A stretch of DNA of 64,000 nt from Staphylococcus phage S6, in sequence record LC680885.1; one strand, written 5' to 3'. Position numbers and translations under genes: made by a program. The notes beneath the pieces were generated by a model. That model saw only the letters and a program-made list of their open reading frames with translations, was not told the DNA's origin and searched no databases. Positions 9,615-19,544 of the stretch are shown here, piece after piece (within the stretch, counting starts at the first letter, position 1; every line of letters begins with the position of its first letter).

Positions 9615-10643
9615 TTAGTTTAGTTTAAATTCCTCATCTAATATTTTTTCTAAATTTTCAATAACTTTATCATCTTCATCAATTTCAGGTTTCTTATCAG
9701 GAGCTTTCTTGAAGATAGATACAAATTTATTTCCATTACTTTGAACCCATTTTTGTGCTTCTTTGAAACGATCTGCAACTATTCCAATAGGTATTCTTCG
9801 AATTTTATCTTTACCTTTATATTTAACAGGTACTTCTAAAGCAGCGTTTTTACCACCAGTACGTTTGGCTACTACTACAACATTACTTGAATCAATCCTA
9901 ATACCTTTACTTTTAGCTTTTATTTTAAAATTCATACAAGCTTTAGCAAAATCCGCTTCAAGCGTATCAGGCTCAACAATTCCTTCTTGAACTGCAACGT
10001 CTGAAGTATTACCACAATCTTCACATACTAATTGTCCTGATTCATTTGGAGACATTTTAGATCCACATTCTTCACAAATAGGTTCTTCTTTATCAGTATC
10101 AATATCTCTTTTTAATTCTTCATTTAATTTTTTCTTACTATTTTTCAATTTCTCTTTATATTCTGCAATCTTTCTTTTTTTCTCTTTTTTATCTTTAGTA
10201 TTTTTAATATCTTCAATATCTTTTCGAAGTTCTAATTTTAATTTATCCTTCTTAATTCTACTTTCAGCAGCTTTTTTAGCTTCATCTGAAGGTTTCATCT
10301 TTTTAAGTTCAGGAAAAACTAATGACTTATTTTTATTCATTATTCTTTCATACTGTCCACCTGAAGCAATAGTTCTATTAATTCTAACTACAGCAAAATC
10401 TCTTTCTGTATTTTCTCCACTAACTAGATTTTTACATTTTACTTCTAAGTTTATATTAGTTCCCATATAAACAAATTTAATAGGTTGGAAGTTAGCATAT
10501 CCTTGTTTTGTTAAACCATCTATCCCTTTTTGATATTGGTTTATGATAACACCTATCATGCTTTTAAAAAAATCTTGTTCTGGATCTTCATTAACTAAAT
10601 TAAATTCTTTGTCTAGAGATTCTTCTAAAGATTTCAAATCCAT
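9615..10643 (-). CDS. hypothetical protein with C4 zinc ribbon and terminal LEESLDKEF-type motifs
   Basis: 342 aa. N-terminus MDLKSLEESLDKEFNL, C-terminus ENLEKILDEEFKLN. CEECGSKMSPNESGQLVCEDCG resembles the ribbon in ORF 5714-7639. Confidence 0.55.
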   Translation of the reverse strand: MDLKSLEESLDKEFNLVNEDPEQDFFKSMIGVIINQYQKGIDGLTKQGYANFQPIKFVYMGTNINLEVKCKNLVSGENTERDFAVVRINRTIASGGQYERIMNKNKSLVFPELKKMKPSDEAKKAAESRIKKDKLKLELRKDIEDIKNTKDKKEKKRKIAEYKEKLKNSKKKLNEELKRDIDTDKEEPICEECGSKMSPNESGQLVCEDCGNTSDVAVQEGIVEPDTLEADFAKACMNFKIKAKSKGIRIDSSNVVVVAKRTGGKNAALEVPVKYKGKDKIRRIPIGIVADRFKEAQKWVQSNGNKFVSIFKKAPDKKPEIDEDDKVIENLEKILDEEFKLN

Positions 10644-10710
10644 TATATTTTCCTCATTTCTATTTATTTTATTAATATTAATGTGTTAAAATAATGATTT
10701 ATTAAAAATA

Positions 10711-10739
10711 ACCCTAACCAAAGTATAAATGGTTAGGGT
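10711..10739 (-). terminator. terminator hairpin ACCCTAACCA/TGGTTAGGGT
   Basis: 10-bp inverted repeat just downstream of the stop of the RNAP beta-like gene (minus sense), with an A-run on the plus strand before it. Confidence 0.55.
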
Positions 10740-10747
10740 ATATAATA

Positions 10748-13700
10748 TTAAAGCATATCTTTTACTTTACGTTTTAATTCTATTAAAGCTTTATTAGTTG
10801 CCAGCATTAAATAAATATCAGTAGTCATACGAGATACGATACTTAATGGAGAGAATATAGCTTCAATTTCTTCGTCAGGTCTATATTCTGCATAAGGAGA
10901 TTCATTAGGAGGAGTAACATCAGCAATAACTGTTTTACATGCACCGTAGAAACTGATCTTATCACCAATACTCATATCATCTTCATACTCTGTGAAGATT
11001 TCAATAAGCACTCCATCTACTTTCTCACCTTTAATTTTCTCACTATTAATTTTCTCTACAGCTGGAATATCTACATCTAATCCAGGTAATGTAGATTTAT
11101 TATCTTTAACTGCATTTTTGTATTCTCTATATTTACTTTTAGATTTATTAATATAACTATTAACTAATTTAGCTAATGTAGGAGACATATTTTCAATATC
11201 ATCATTATAATAGATATTTACTTTTTTAATTTCTCCAGTATATTTAGATCTAACAGCTCTATTAGAAATATCTTGTATTTCTTGTTCGAATTCAGAACCG
11301 ATTTTATCTAATAAAGAACCAATACCTTCATCATCAAATGAATTCTCAAATATCATTAATGGGTCTCCTGTACGTACATTTTGACCTTCTTTAACAATAT
11401 ATTGAATATTCGTACTAGAAGCTAAGTTGACTGTTTTCTTCATAGTAACTTTAGTTGACATTGCTTCAGACATACTATTAGAAATAATAGAACTATCTTC
11501 GTACGTGCCATAGCTTGAAGCAACTGCAACTTTAGATAATTTACCAGCAGCAAATTGAATATCATTATTACTGCCAGATCCTGCAAAGTAACTATCATTT
11601 TTAGCCAATACTTGTCCTTTATTAAATTTCTTACCTACTTCAAATTGTGGAGTAAGTTTATTATTTTGATAGAAACCACCATTAGAGTTTTTAGCAAGTT
11701 TTTCAGATATATCAATTACATCTTTATCTCCATTAATGTATTCAACAAGCATTAATCCTGTTTTCTCATTAACAGAAGTTACTTTCCCATCTTCTTTAGC
11801 TTTAAAAGCAAAAGTATCTGAAATTTGATAGGCTAAAGATTTATCTACACCAGATCCAACTAATGGACGGTCATTTGTTTTAGTAGCGATTAAATGTTTA
11901 GCTTGGGTACCTGTCATTCCTATTCTCGGACTATCTGCATGTCTACTAGTATATGGGTTCAATAATTCTAATGGAGTATATAAAGCTGTATCACTTACAT
12001 CTTTTTTACTACCATCAGTATATCCACGAGTAGATTTAATCTGTGTATCATATGAAAGTTGTCTAACTATACCTACTTTATTACTGTCAGGTGTGCTTAT
12101 TCCTAATATACCTTGCATACTTTCATCATAAGAACGAATATCAGGTTCATATGATTGTTCAGAGTTACGTCCAGCAGGACCTTTAAATGTAACAGAAGTC
12201 ATCTTATCTATTTCTAAGTTAGGGTTTAAATCAGATACTTCATCTACTGTAGGTTGTTCCATAATAGTTTTAATTAATTGATCTTGTTTAACTGAAATAT
12301 TCTTAGGATTTTTATTATTATAAGAATCTGAATATTCTTTATAAGCATTTGCCATCATTTTATACAATAATGCGTTAATTTGCTCTGGTCCACGTACACG
12401 ATAAATTCCCATATCATTATGATCTCTAGCCGATACATCTTCTAACATCGTATTAGCTAATAGTAATAATTCAACCATATTATCAGGAAGTTTTAAATCT
12501 CTTAATACTTCTTTAGTAATAGGATCCATTGCTAAATCCATAGTATTTTTAATACCTTTACCAACATTACGACTGTAGAATTTATCATTGAAATATTCTA
12601 AGTAAGGTGTTTCAGTTTCAAAATCACTGAAATTGTATTGTGAAGTAGGTAATACAGTTAATCCAGACATTAATAAATCAAATCTTAATTTATCAGTAGA
12701 GTATATTAAATAACCGTCTTGGAATTTAATCTTATTCTTTTTATCATGAATGCTAATTCTTTCATTCTCAGTAGTAAATTTATAATCAACTTCATAAAGA
12801 TCAAGAATATTAGTTAAACCTTTATAGAAACCTAATAATAGAATTGTAGGTACTAGTTTATTAGTAATTTTAACACGTGAAAATGCCATCGTCTTATTAG
12901 ATTGAATATTCTTACTGAATTTCTTATCAATAACTCCAAAGTCAACTTCATTATCTAGTTTATCAATAATGTAATCAAATATATTTACTTCCATAGATTT
13001 AATATTAGATTTACTACATTCATACATAACAGATTCTGTTTTATCTGCTAATATTAATTTAGATTTATTAATATTATAACCAATAGGGAAATATTTATCT
13101 TGATCATAATCAATCTTAGATAAACTAGCACTATCAGAAATCATACCTAATAAACTTCTTTGGTTGAATTCAAGTACATTAGTACCATCTTGGAAATTTA
13201 ATATATTTCTAGATAAACTATTATAGATAACTGAAGTTACATATTTATTATTGATTAAAGAAGCATTACCCTTTTTAACAGATAAGTTAGATTTATTTTC
13301 AATATAATCTATAACTTGATCATCTTCAATAACTTTCTTAATCCATTCAGTTTCAGCATTTTCTTTATAACCGAATTTTTCTATAATGAATTTATTATAG
13401 TTAGTTGTAATCCAAACAGTATCAGGTTTATATTTAACGATTGGCCACATCATTAATTGTTTAGTTAATACTTTTTTACCGCCATTAAGTTTCATATATT
13501 TGCCGTCAATAACTTTAGGAACATCAAATTTAACATTATGAGTTAAACCATCTGGACTTCTAAATTGGACTTTAACTGTATTTTTTAATGACTGACTATC
13601 TGAATTATCTTCAATATTCATTTTATTAATAAATACCGGAATATCTTCATTGTCATTAAAGCTTTTCATTATATCAATAAAGTCTTTATTAAATGTTTTT

Positions 13701-15001
13701 TGCATATAAGAGATATCAAAATCATTAGAAGCAATGTTATTAATAGTCTCTTCATTGATATTATTAATATTTTCATTAATTTCTCTATCGATTAATTTAT
13801 CTTCAGAAAAACTAAAATCTTCTAAATCATTAAGGTATTCATCTTGTTTCTTAGATAAAGCTAATATCTTTTTAGTATTTTTAAGAGCTTCATCACCAAT
13901 GCTAGATTTATTTTTAATATTTCTTTTAATTGATTTAAATGAATCATTCTTGTCTAATACATCTGAATATAAAGTTTCTGTATCAATATCAATTAAATCT
14001 TTATTATCATTTAATTCTTTTTCAATTATCATAGCTATATTATATTCATCATCAACATCCATTTCAGTATTGTCTAATGATCTAATATAACTTATTGTAG
14101 AATCTATTTTATTAGATATTTTTTCTAACTGTTCATCATTTTCATATTCAACTTCATCATTCTGAGCTTCGATAGGATCAATTGTTCCTACATTATCAAA
14201 TGCTTTCTTTTTAATTACTCCATCTACAGCTTCAGTATTATCATCATCTTCAACTTTACTAATTTCATCAGTATCCAATGCTTGTGTATTAGTGTCAATG
14301 ATTCTTCTTAATCTTTGTCTAAGTCTCATATTAAGTTTATTATAATCTTTGTAATCAAATTTAAACATTATTCCATTATCTAATGAGACAAATAATAAAT
14401 CAACATTTTGATTTTCACCATGAGGTAATTCTTCTTGATTCTTAATCATCATGAATAAGCTTGACATGAAATCTTTTGTATTAGGTCTAATAGCTTGTTG
14501 AGAAGGTTTATTATATCCATCAACATTAATTACATAAAGTAAATTATTATAATCTTCTGTATTATTTAAAGAGTTAAAAGTTGATTTAATTGAATTTAAT
14601 ACTGTATTAAAGTTTTTAGTCATTAATGATTTATCTTCTAAATCAATAAATTTAGTTGAATCAACAATATAGTTTCTACCTTTAAATAATTTCTCATTTC
14701 TTTCAACTCTATACTGTTTATAAGATTTAGATTTAATTTCTTTTTGATAATCTGTTATATTCGTTAATAATCTAGTTCTTCTATTTTGAGTTCTATACAA
14801 TCTTGGTGTATAGATATTCTTGAAATTCTGATGATATAATAATCCACTATTTAAGAAATCAGTAAATGAATTTTCTTTAAAACCTTTATAAATAACTAAC
14901 TGGTCTTTTTTCTTATCTTTGATTTCTTCATCAATAGCTTTAATTTTATATCCAGATATTGAATAGAATTTAAGATTTTTTAATCTATTAAGATATTTCA
15001 A
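10748..15001 (-). CDS. multisubunit RNA polymerase beta-like subunit (non-canonical, phiKZ/AR9-type split RNAP), carrying conserved regions D-H
   Basis: 1417 aa. GPAGRNSE...ISTPDSNKVGIVRQLS aligns to bacterial beta GPGGL...ETPEGPNIGLINSLS. ADSPRIGMTGTQAKHLI aligns to ANRALMGANMQRQAVP. SSYGTYEDS aligns to GYNFEDS. GDKISFYGACKTVIA...PYAEYRPDEEIEAIFSPLSIVSRM aligns to GDKMAGRHGNKGVIS...[22 protein letters not shown]. No GEME region I after this point. About 350 aa of extra N-terminal sequence. Confidence 0.7.
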   Translation of the reverse strand: MKYLNRLKNLKFYSISGYKIKAIDEEIKDKKKDQLVIYKGFKENSFTDFLNSGLLYHQNFKNIYTPRLYRTQNRRTRLLTNITDYQKEIKSKSYKQYRVERNEKLFKGRNYIVDSTKFIDLEDKSLMTKNFNTVLNSIKSTFNSLNNTEDYNNLLYVINVDGYNKPSQQAIRPNTKDFMSSLFMMIKNQEELPHGENQNVDLLFVSLDNGIMFKFDYKDYNKLNMRLRQRLRRIIDTNTQALDTDEISKVEDDDNTEAVDGVIKKKAFDNVGTIDPIEAQNDEVEYENDEQLEKISNKIDSTISYIRSLDNTEMDVDDEYNIAMIIEKELNDNKDLIDIDTETLYSDVLDKNDSFKSIKRNIKNKSSIGDEALKNTKKILALSKKQDEYLNDLEDFSFSEDKLIDREINENINNINEETINNIASNDFDISYMQKTFNKDFIDIMKSFNDNEDIPVFINKMNIEDNSDSQSLKNTVKVQFRSPDGLTHNVKFDVPKVIDGKYMKLNGGKKVLTKQLMMWPIVKYKPDTVWITTNYNKFIIEKFGYKENAETEWIKKVIEDDQVIDYIENKSNLSVKKGNASLINNKYVTSVIYNSLSRNILNFQDGTNVLEFNQRSLLGMISDSASLSKIDYDQDKYFPIGYNINKSKLILADKTESVMYECSKSNIKSMEVNIFDYIIDKLDNEVDFGVIDKKFSKNIQSNKTMAFSRVKITNKLVPTILLLGFYKGLTNILDLYEVDYKFTTENERISIHDKKNKIKFQDGYLIYSTDKLRFDLLMSGLTVLPTSQYNFSDFETETPYLEYFNDKFYSRNVGKGIKNTMDLAMDPITKEVLRDLKLPDNMVELLLLANTMLEDVSARDHNDMGIYRVRGPEQINALLYKMMANAYKEYSDSYNNKNPKNISVKQDQLIKTIMEQPTVDEVSDLNPNLEIDKMTSVTFKGPAGRNSEQSYEPDIRSYDESMQGILGISTPDSNKVGIVRQLSYDTQIKSTRGYTDGSKKDVSDTALYTPLELLNPYTSRHADSPRIGMTGTQAKHLIATKTNDRPLVGSGVDKSLAYQISDTFAFKAKEDGKVTSVNEKTGLMLVEYINGDKDVIDISEKLAKNSNGGFYQNNKLTPQFEVGKKFNKGQVLAKNDSYFAGSGSNNDIQFAAGKLSKVAVASSYGTYEDSSIISNSMSEAMSTKVTMKKTVNLASSTNIQYIVKEGQNVRTGDPLMIFENSFDDEGIGSLLDKIGSEFEQEIQDISNRAVRSKYTGEIKKVNIYYNDDIENMSPTLAKLVNSYINKSKSKYREYKNAVKDNKSTLPGLDVDIPAVEKINSEKIKGEKVDGVLIEIFTEYEDDMSIGDKISFYGACKTVIADVTPPNESPYAEYRPDEEIEAIFSPLSIVSRMTTDIYLMLATNKALIELKRKVKDML

Positions 15002-15461
15002 TTATGCCATTCCTTTCCGTATTTAATTTTATTGATTAATATATTTATATTACTTTTATTTTATAATATTATTCAATAAATTTCCTATATACAATAGTTT
15101 TGATTACTATCATTATGTATTTTAATTGGATTTATAAAAATAAAATAACGAACTATGTGAGTTATTTTTAAATACATTTTTATGAAATAAAAATGTGTAC
15201 TATCCCCTCATAATATTTTAATTTATATAAATATACTATAAGAATAGTATATTTATTATTATAATATTTTATTATAATATAATTATAATATTCCGGACAC
15301 TTTCAAATTTTTTATCACATAATGGTACAAATTTATAATTTTTTAAATAATTAATATAAAAATATTTATTAACTTCATACATATTGTTTAATTATATAAA
15401 AATTATAAAATACTCAGTAACATCTAAATATCAATAAAATAATGAAAGAAGTGAAAATAAA
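15002..15461. promoter_or_regulatory. AT-rich divergent intergenic region between the RNAP beta-like gene (minus) and the beta-prime-like gene (plus); presumed divergent promoters
   Basis: 460 bp with no ORF, over 85% AT, containing repeated attataat-type tracts. Genes diverge on both sides. Confidence 0.4.
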
Positions 15462-16688
15462 TTGGCTAATATGAATTATGAAAATAAAACACTTAATGAA
15501 AAAGAAGTATCGACATTATTAAGTGTTGGTAAAGATGACATTACATTAGACAAGTTAAAAGAATTATTTGCTTTTAGACAAAATACAGAACCAATGTATA
15601 ATCCAACGGATAAATTTACATTAAAGAAAGATCTAGTCTATAATAAAAAAGATGAAAAAACTACTGTAGGTAGATATATATTTAATAAATTTATTTTAGA
15701 TAATAAAATTGGACCGATTATAGGCTATATGAATCGTGATATGGGCGGTTCTGGAGTAGGTAAACTTCAATCTGATTTATCAAATTTATTACTTAATGAT
15801 ATTATTACTACACAAGAAATGTCAAATTATATCGATAAATTACAATGGTTAGGTTTCTCTATAGCCAGTTTTATTAATTCTAGTCTAACTACTACAATGA
15901 TGACTGCTACTGAAAAAGTTAAACAGAAAAAAGAAGAGTTATTAGTTAAATATGAAAAAGCATTGAATACTCCTGGAGAGGAATTAAATGCAATATCAGT
16001 TATTGAAAAAGAATTAATCAATTTAAGTAAAGAAGAATTAAAAGGTTTAGCTGATTTAGATATTTATGATAGTGGTTCACGTGGTTCATTCGGCAATAAC
16101 TATAAATTAACTGCATTAATTCGTGGAGCAAATAAAAACTTTGCTGATCCAAGTAAAATTAGAATTGCTAAAAGCTCACTAGCTGAAGGAATTGATCCTA
16201 ATGAACTTTATATGTTTGGAGATATTATGACTGCAGGTTCAGCTGGACGTGCACTAGGTACTCAAGAAGGAGGGTATCAGGCTAAGCAACTAATGTCGGC
16301 CTTCCAAACAACTGTTTTAGATAAAAAAGGTTCTGACTGTAGAACAAATCATTTCCTTAAATTAATATTAGATAAATCAAACGCATCATTAATGATGTAT
16401 AGATATTTTAAAGATAATAACGCAAGATCAGGTCAATTAGTTTTATTAACTCCTGAAAATGTAGATGATTACATGGGTAGAGTTTTAGAATTTAGAAGTC
16501 CTATGTATTGTGCAAGTGAAGATATTTGTAGTAAATGTGCAGGAGAATTACCATATAAATTAGGAATTGAAAATATTGGTCTATTAGTTAACCAAGTTGC
16601 TCAAGCAATCGTAACAAGTTCAATGAAATCTTTCCATGATATGACGATTAAACAAAATGAAATAGATATAGAAAGTTATATAGAATAA
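15462..16688 (+). CDS. multisubunit RNA polymerase beta-prime-like fragment (regions F-G, trigger-loop region), non-canonical split subunit
   Basis: 408 aa. KTTVGRYIF aligns to beta-prime DTTVGRAIL. IYDSGSRGS aligns to MMADSGARGS. LAEGIDPNELYMFGDIMTAGSAGRALGTQEGGYQAKQLMSAFQTTVLDKKGSDCRT aligns to [54 protein letters not shown]. The start may be TTG at 15462 or ATG at 15471. Confidence 0.65.
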   Translation: MANMNYENKTLNEKEVSTLLSVGKDDITLDKLKELFAFRQNTEPMYNPTDKFTLKKDLVYNKKDEKTTVGRYIFNKFILDNKIGPIIGYMNRDMGGSGVGKLQSDLSNLLLNDIITTQEMSNYIDKLQWLGFSIASFINSSLTTTMMTATEKVKQKKEELLVKYEKALNTPGEELNAISVIEKELINLSKEELKGLADLDIYDSGSRGSFGNNYKLTALIRGANKNFADPSKIRIAKSSLAEGIDPNELYMFGDIMTAGSAGRALGTQEGGYQAKQLMSAFQTTVLDKKGSDCRTNHFLKLILDKSNASLMMYRYFKDNNARSGQLVLLTPENVDDYMGRVLEFRSPMYCASEDICSKCAGELPYKLGIENIGLLVNQVAQAIVTSSMKSFHDMTIKQNEIDIESYIE

Positions 16689-16826
16689 CATAGATAGGAT
16701 AACAATCATTAAATTGATTGTTATCCTTATTTTATTGGATTAAATCGTTCTTTAAATTTATATTATAATTATGAGGTGAATGATGTGTATTAATGTGATA
16801 TACTTATAATTATAAAAATAAATTTA

Positions 16827-18920
16827 ATGGAGATGAAATGGATAATGTTAGGTAAAGAAATAATGAGAAGATCTGAAATAATTTACGATGATACGGATAT
16901 AAAAACTGTTTTAAATTTAGATCCGGATAAAGATTACATAAATGAAGAAGAGGATATCGAATATATCTGTCCTAAACATGGTAAACAAAAAAGAAAAATA
17001 AAACAACATTTAGAAAAGAAAGGTTGTTTCGAGTGTCAATACGATAATAAGTCTAAAAAGACTAAAGGTAAAGATTTATTAGGAGAGTTTTACAAAAGAT
17101 TTGGAGAAGATGTTTTTGATTATCCAGATATAGAAGAAGATCGTGTATATTCATCTAGAGAAAAAATAAAGATAGTTTGTTTTAAACATGGAGAGTTCAC
17201 TAGACAAATTAGAGAACATAATACAAAAGCTAAAATATGTGATAAATGTAAATTAGAGGATGGAGGAAAAGATTTTAAAAAGAAACAATTTAAAGAAAGA
17301 TTGAGAAATGAAAATTATGAAATGTATAAGATTACCGATTTTTCTGAGACTGTATTTGAAGGGTTAACTAATTTTATGTATGTTAGATGTAAAAAACATG
17401 ATACGATTAACAAAATACAACCTAGATCATTACTAAGTAAGAATAGTAATGGGTGTTCAAAATGTAGAAGTGAAAAACTATTAAAAAGTAGAAGATCTAA
17501 TAACAAGGTATATAACGTGGAAGATATTTTTAACATATATAAACAAAAAGGAAATCTTTTAAATACTGCGACTAAATATCTTGAAAATTTAAATCTCGAA
17601 CAAAGAAAAGAGTTATTCTTAATGATATCCAAACATAATTTTGGAAATAAGTATGACTATTCTTTAATAGAAAAAGAAAAAAATAATTTTAAATCTAGAG
17701 ATAAAGTAACACTAATATGTAAAGAACATAATGTCGAATTTAAACAAAATATATCACACCACTATAAAGGTAGGTTAGGTTGTGATAAGTGTAAAAAGGA
17801 TAATGTGTCTAAAAGTATATCTGACTCATACAGATTTTCTAAAAGAACAGATATAAAACCTGAAGAATTAATAAAAGAAGTGGATAATGAAAATTTCAAA
17901 GATAATGAGATAAGAAAAATAGTGAGATTAATGAATTTTGAAGATAAAGGAAAATATTACAGATTATTAGGGAAAAAGATTAAGGGAGATAAATATAACT
18001 ATGATAAATTAGTGTATAACGGTGATAGTGTTCAGGTAACTATAACATGTAAAAAACATGGAGATTTTAAACAGGTAATATACGATCACTTTTTCCAAGA
18101 TCATAATTGTAATAAATGTTCAAAGATCGTATCCAAACAAGAACTTAAATTAAGTAATGATTTGGAAAAATATTTTACAGTTAAAAATTCTTTAAGAAGA
18201 ATATTTGAGGATAAAAGAAAAGAAATTGATATATTTATCAAAGATATTAATTTAGGTATAGAGATAAATGGTCTAAGATGGCATTCAAATGATATAAAAA
18301 AGGAGGATGAAAATAATTTTGCAAGATACCATCAATTTAGTAAAATGAATGAATCTGAATGTTTAGGTATAAAATTATTAAACTTCTATGACGATGAAAT
18401 AAATATAAAGAAAAATGAAATTTCTTATTCTAAAATAATGAAAGAAATTTTATTATTTAATAATTCCTTTAATATTAAAAATATAGATTTAAAAGATTTA
18501 GAGATGAAAAAGATATCTTATAATTTCATAAAGAAATTTTATAAGAAACATTCACTAGAATTCTTTAATGAAGAAGATAAAAATTATAGAGGAATATTCT
18601 ATAAAGGTTATATAGTTTCCGTATTCTCATTTAATAATAAGAACGAATGTCATAACTATAGCACGAATTACAATTTAAATGAAGATATTGATTTAATATT
18701 AGATGCTTACCCTAATACCATTTTTAATATTAGATCAGATTCTTATAATAGATATAAATTTCAAGATTATGGGTTCATTACAATAAATAAAACTCTACCG
18801 CAATATAGAAATTTCAATAAAAAAGGTTTAACTAAAAATAGATATAAAAGATTAGAAAAGAGGGATACTAATAATCCTAATAGAATTTATGATTGTGGTA
18901 GAACTATCATGATTTACTAA
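16827..18920 (+). CDS. homing-endonuclease-like protein with five tandem CxxH...CxxC zinc modules and C-terminal Vsr/DUF559-like PD-(D/E)xK nuclease domain
   Basis: 697 aa. Modules ICPKHG...GCFECQ, VCFKHG...ICDKCK, RCKKHD...GCSKCR, ICKEHN...GCDKCK, TCKKHG...NCNKCS. C-terminus IDIFIKDINLGIEINGLRWHS...ECLGIKLLNFYDDEI resembles Vsr (FVVDEYRCVIFTHGCFWHH...ELGWRVLIVWECAL). The start may be the ATG at 16845. Confidence 0.55.
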   Translation: MEMKWIMLGKEIMRRSEIIYDDTDIKTVLNLDPDKDYINEEEDIEYICPKHGKQKRKIKQHLEKKGCFECQYDNKSKKTKGKDLLGEFYKRFGEDVFDYPDIEEDRVYSSREKIKIVCFKHGEFTRQIREHNTKAKICDKCKLEDGGKDFKKKQFKERLRNENYEMYKITDFSETVFEGLTNFMYVRCKKHDTINKIQPRSLLSKNSNGCSKCRSEKLLKSRRSNNKVYNVEDIFNIYKQKGNLLNTATKYLENLNLEQRKELFLMISKHNFGNKYDYSLIEKEKNNFKSRDKVTLICKEHNVEFKQNISHHYKGRLGCDKCKKDNVSKSISDSYRFSKRTDIKPEELIKEVDNENFKDNEIRKIVRLMNFEDKGKYYRLLGKKIKGDKYNYDKLVYNGDSVQVTITCKKHGDFKQVIYDHFFQDHNCNKCSKIVSKQELKLSNDLEKYFTVKNSLRRIFEDKRKEIDIFIKDINLGIEINGLRWHSNDIKKEDENNFARYHQFSKMNESECLGIKLLNFYDDEINIKKNEISYSKIMKEILLFNNSFNIKNIDLKDLEMKKISYNFIKKFYKKHSLEFFNEEDKNYRGIFYKGYIVSVFSFNNKNECHNYSTNYNLNEDIDLILDAYPNTIFNIRSDSYNRYKFQDYGFITINKTLPQYRNFNKKGLTKNRYKRLEKRDTNNPNRIYDCGRTIMIY

Positions 18921-19160
18921 TATAATACAGTGACATTAATTTGTCACTGTATTATAATTATTTTTTTTTTTATTTAGGATTTATAAATAACTATTTTAAT
19001 ATAGTAATAGATATATTTCTATTTACTATATTCGTAAATTCTTTTTCTTACTCAATCTCGTAATTTGTTTTGCGTCAAGCAGGTTACATGGGCCTCCTAC
19101 CCGTATAATATTGTACTACACCTAAGTGGATCATAGAAAATGGTCCACTTTGTTTATCAT

Positions 19161-19233
19161 TGTCCCATAGCTCAACGGTAGAGCGATCGGCTGTTAACCG
19201 GTTTGTTGAAAGTTCGAATCTTTCTGGGACAGC
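19161..19233 (+). tRNA. tRNA-Asn (anticodon GTT)
   Basis: Cloverleaf: acceptor TGTCCCA/TGGGACA, U8, D-arm GCTC-AACGGTA-GAGC with GG, anticodon stem ATCGG/CCGGT, loop CTGTTAA, T-arm GAAAG-TTCGAAT-CTTTC, discriminator G. No encoded CCA. Confidence 0.8.
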
Positions 19234-19237
19234 TTAT

Positions 19238-19308
19238 GTTCTTGTTGCTACTGGTTAAAGCATATCGAGTAAATCGGTATTTTGTGAGTTCGACTCTCAC
19301 CAAGAACA
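19238..19308 (+). tRNA. tRNA-like gene, non-canonical (anticodon loop AGTAAAT, nominal anticodon TAA, G at position 33, short variable arm)
   Basis: Acceptor GTTCTTG/CAAGAAC (7 bp). D-arm GCT-ctggtta-AGC. Anticodon stem TATCG/CGGTA. T-arm GTGAG-TTCGACT-CTCAC. Discriminator A. Lies 5 nt after tRNA-Asn. Confidence 0.5.
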
Positions 19309-19544
19309 CGCCAATAGGATTAATCATCCTTACACTAAGGCTGCAGACTTAGTGTGAATAAAATACAGTATGAGTTATATGCCACTCTTATACTGTTAGA
19401 TTCAACTAATGCTAAGGCATATCATTAGTTGTAAAAATTTAAAACTTATATCTAATTTACGTTTAGTTATTAGATTGTATTTTTGTTAAAGAGGACTTAT
19501 TTTACTTAATTGTAATAAGTATCTGACTTTAACTTAATTGGTTT

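Noticed and set aside
10748-15001. The 1417-aa protein considered as a DNA polymerase, a tape-measure protein or a giant structural protein.
   Set aside because: Ordered matches to RNAP beta regions D-H are specific. No polymerase A/B/C motifs or tape-measure-type repeats were seen.
15384-15412. Sigma-70-like promoter TTGTTT-18-TAAAAT upstream of the beta-prime-like gene.
   Set aside because: In DNA that is over 85% AT such hexamer pairs occur by chance. A phage with its own RNAPs is unlikely to rely on host-type promoters for these genes, so the site is not reported as a feature.
19310-19450. A third tRNA immediately after the two tRNA genes.
   Set aside because: The three hairpins there do not assemble into a cloverleaf (no acceptor or T-arm pairing), so the region is reported only as a structured segment.
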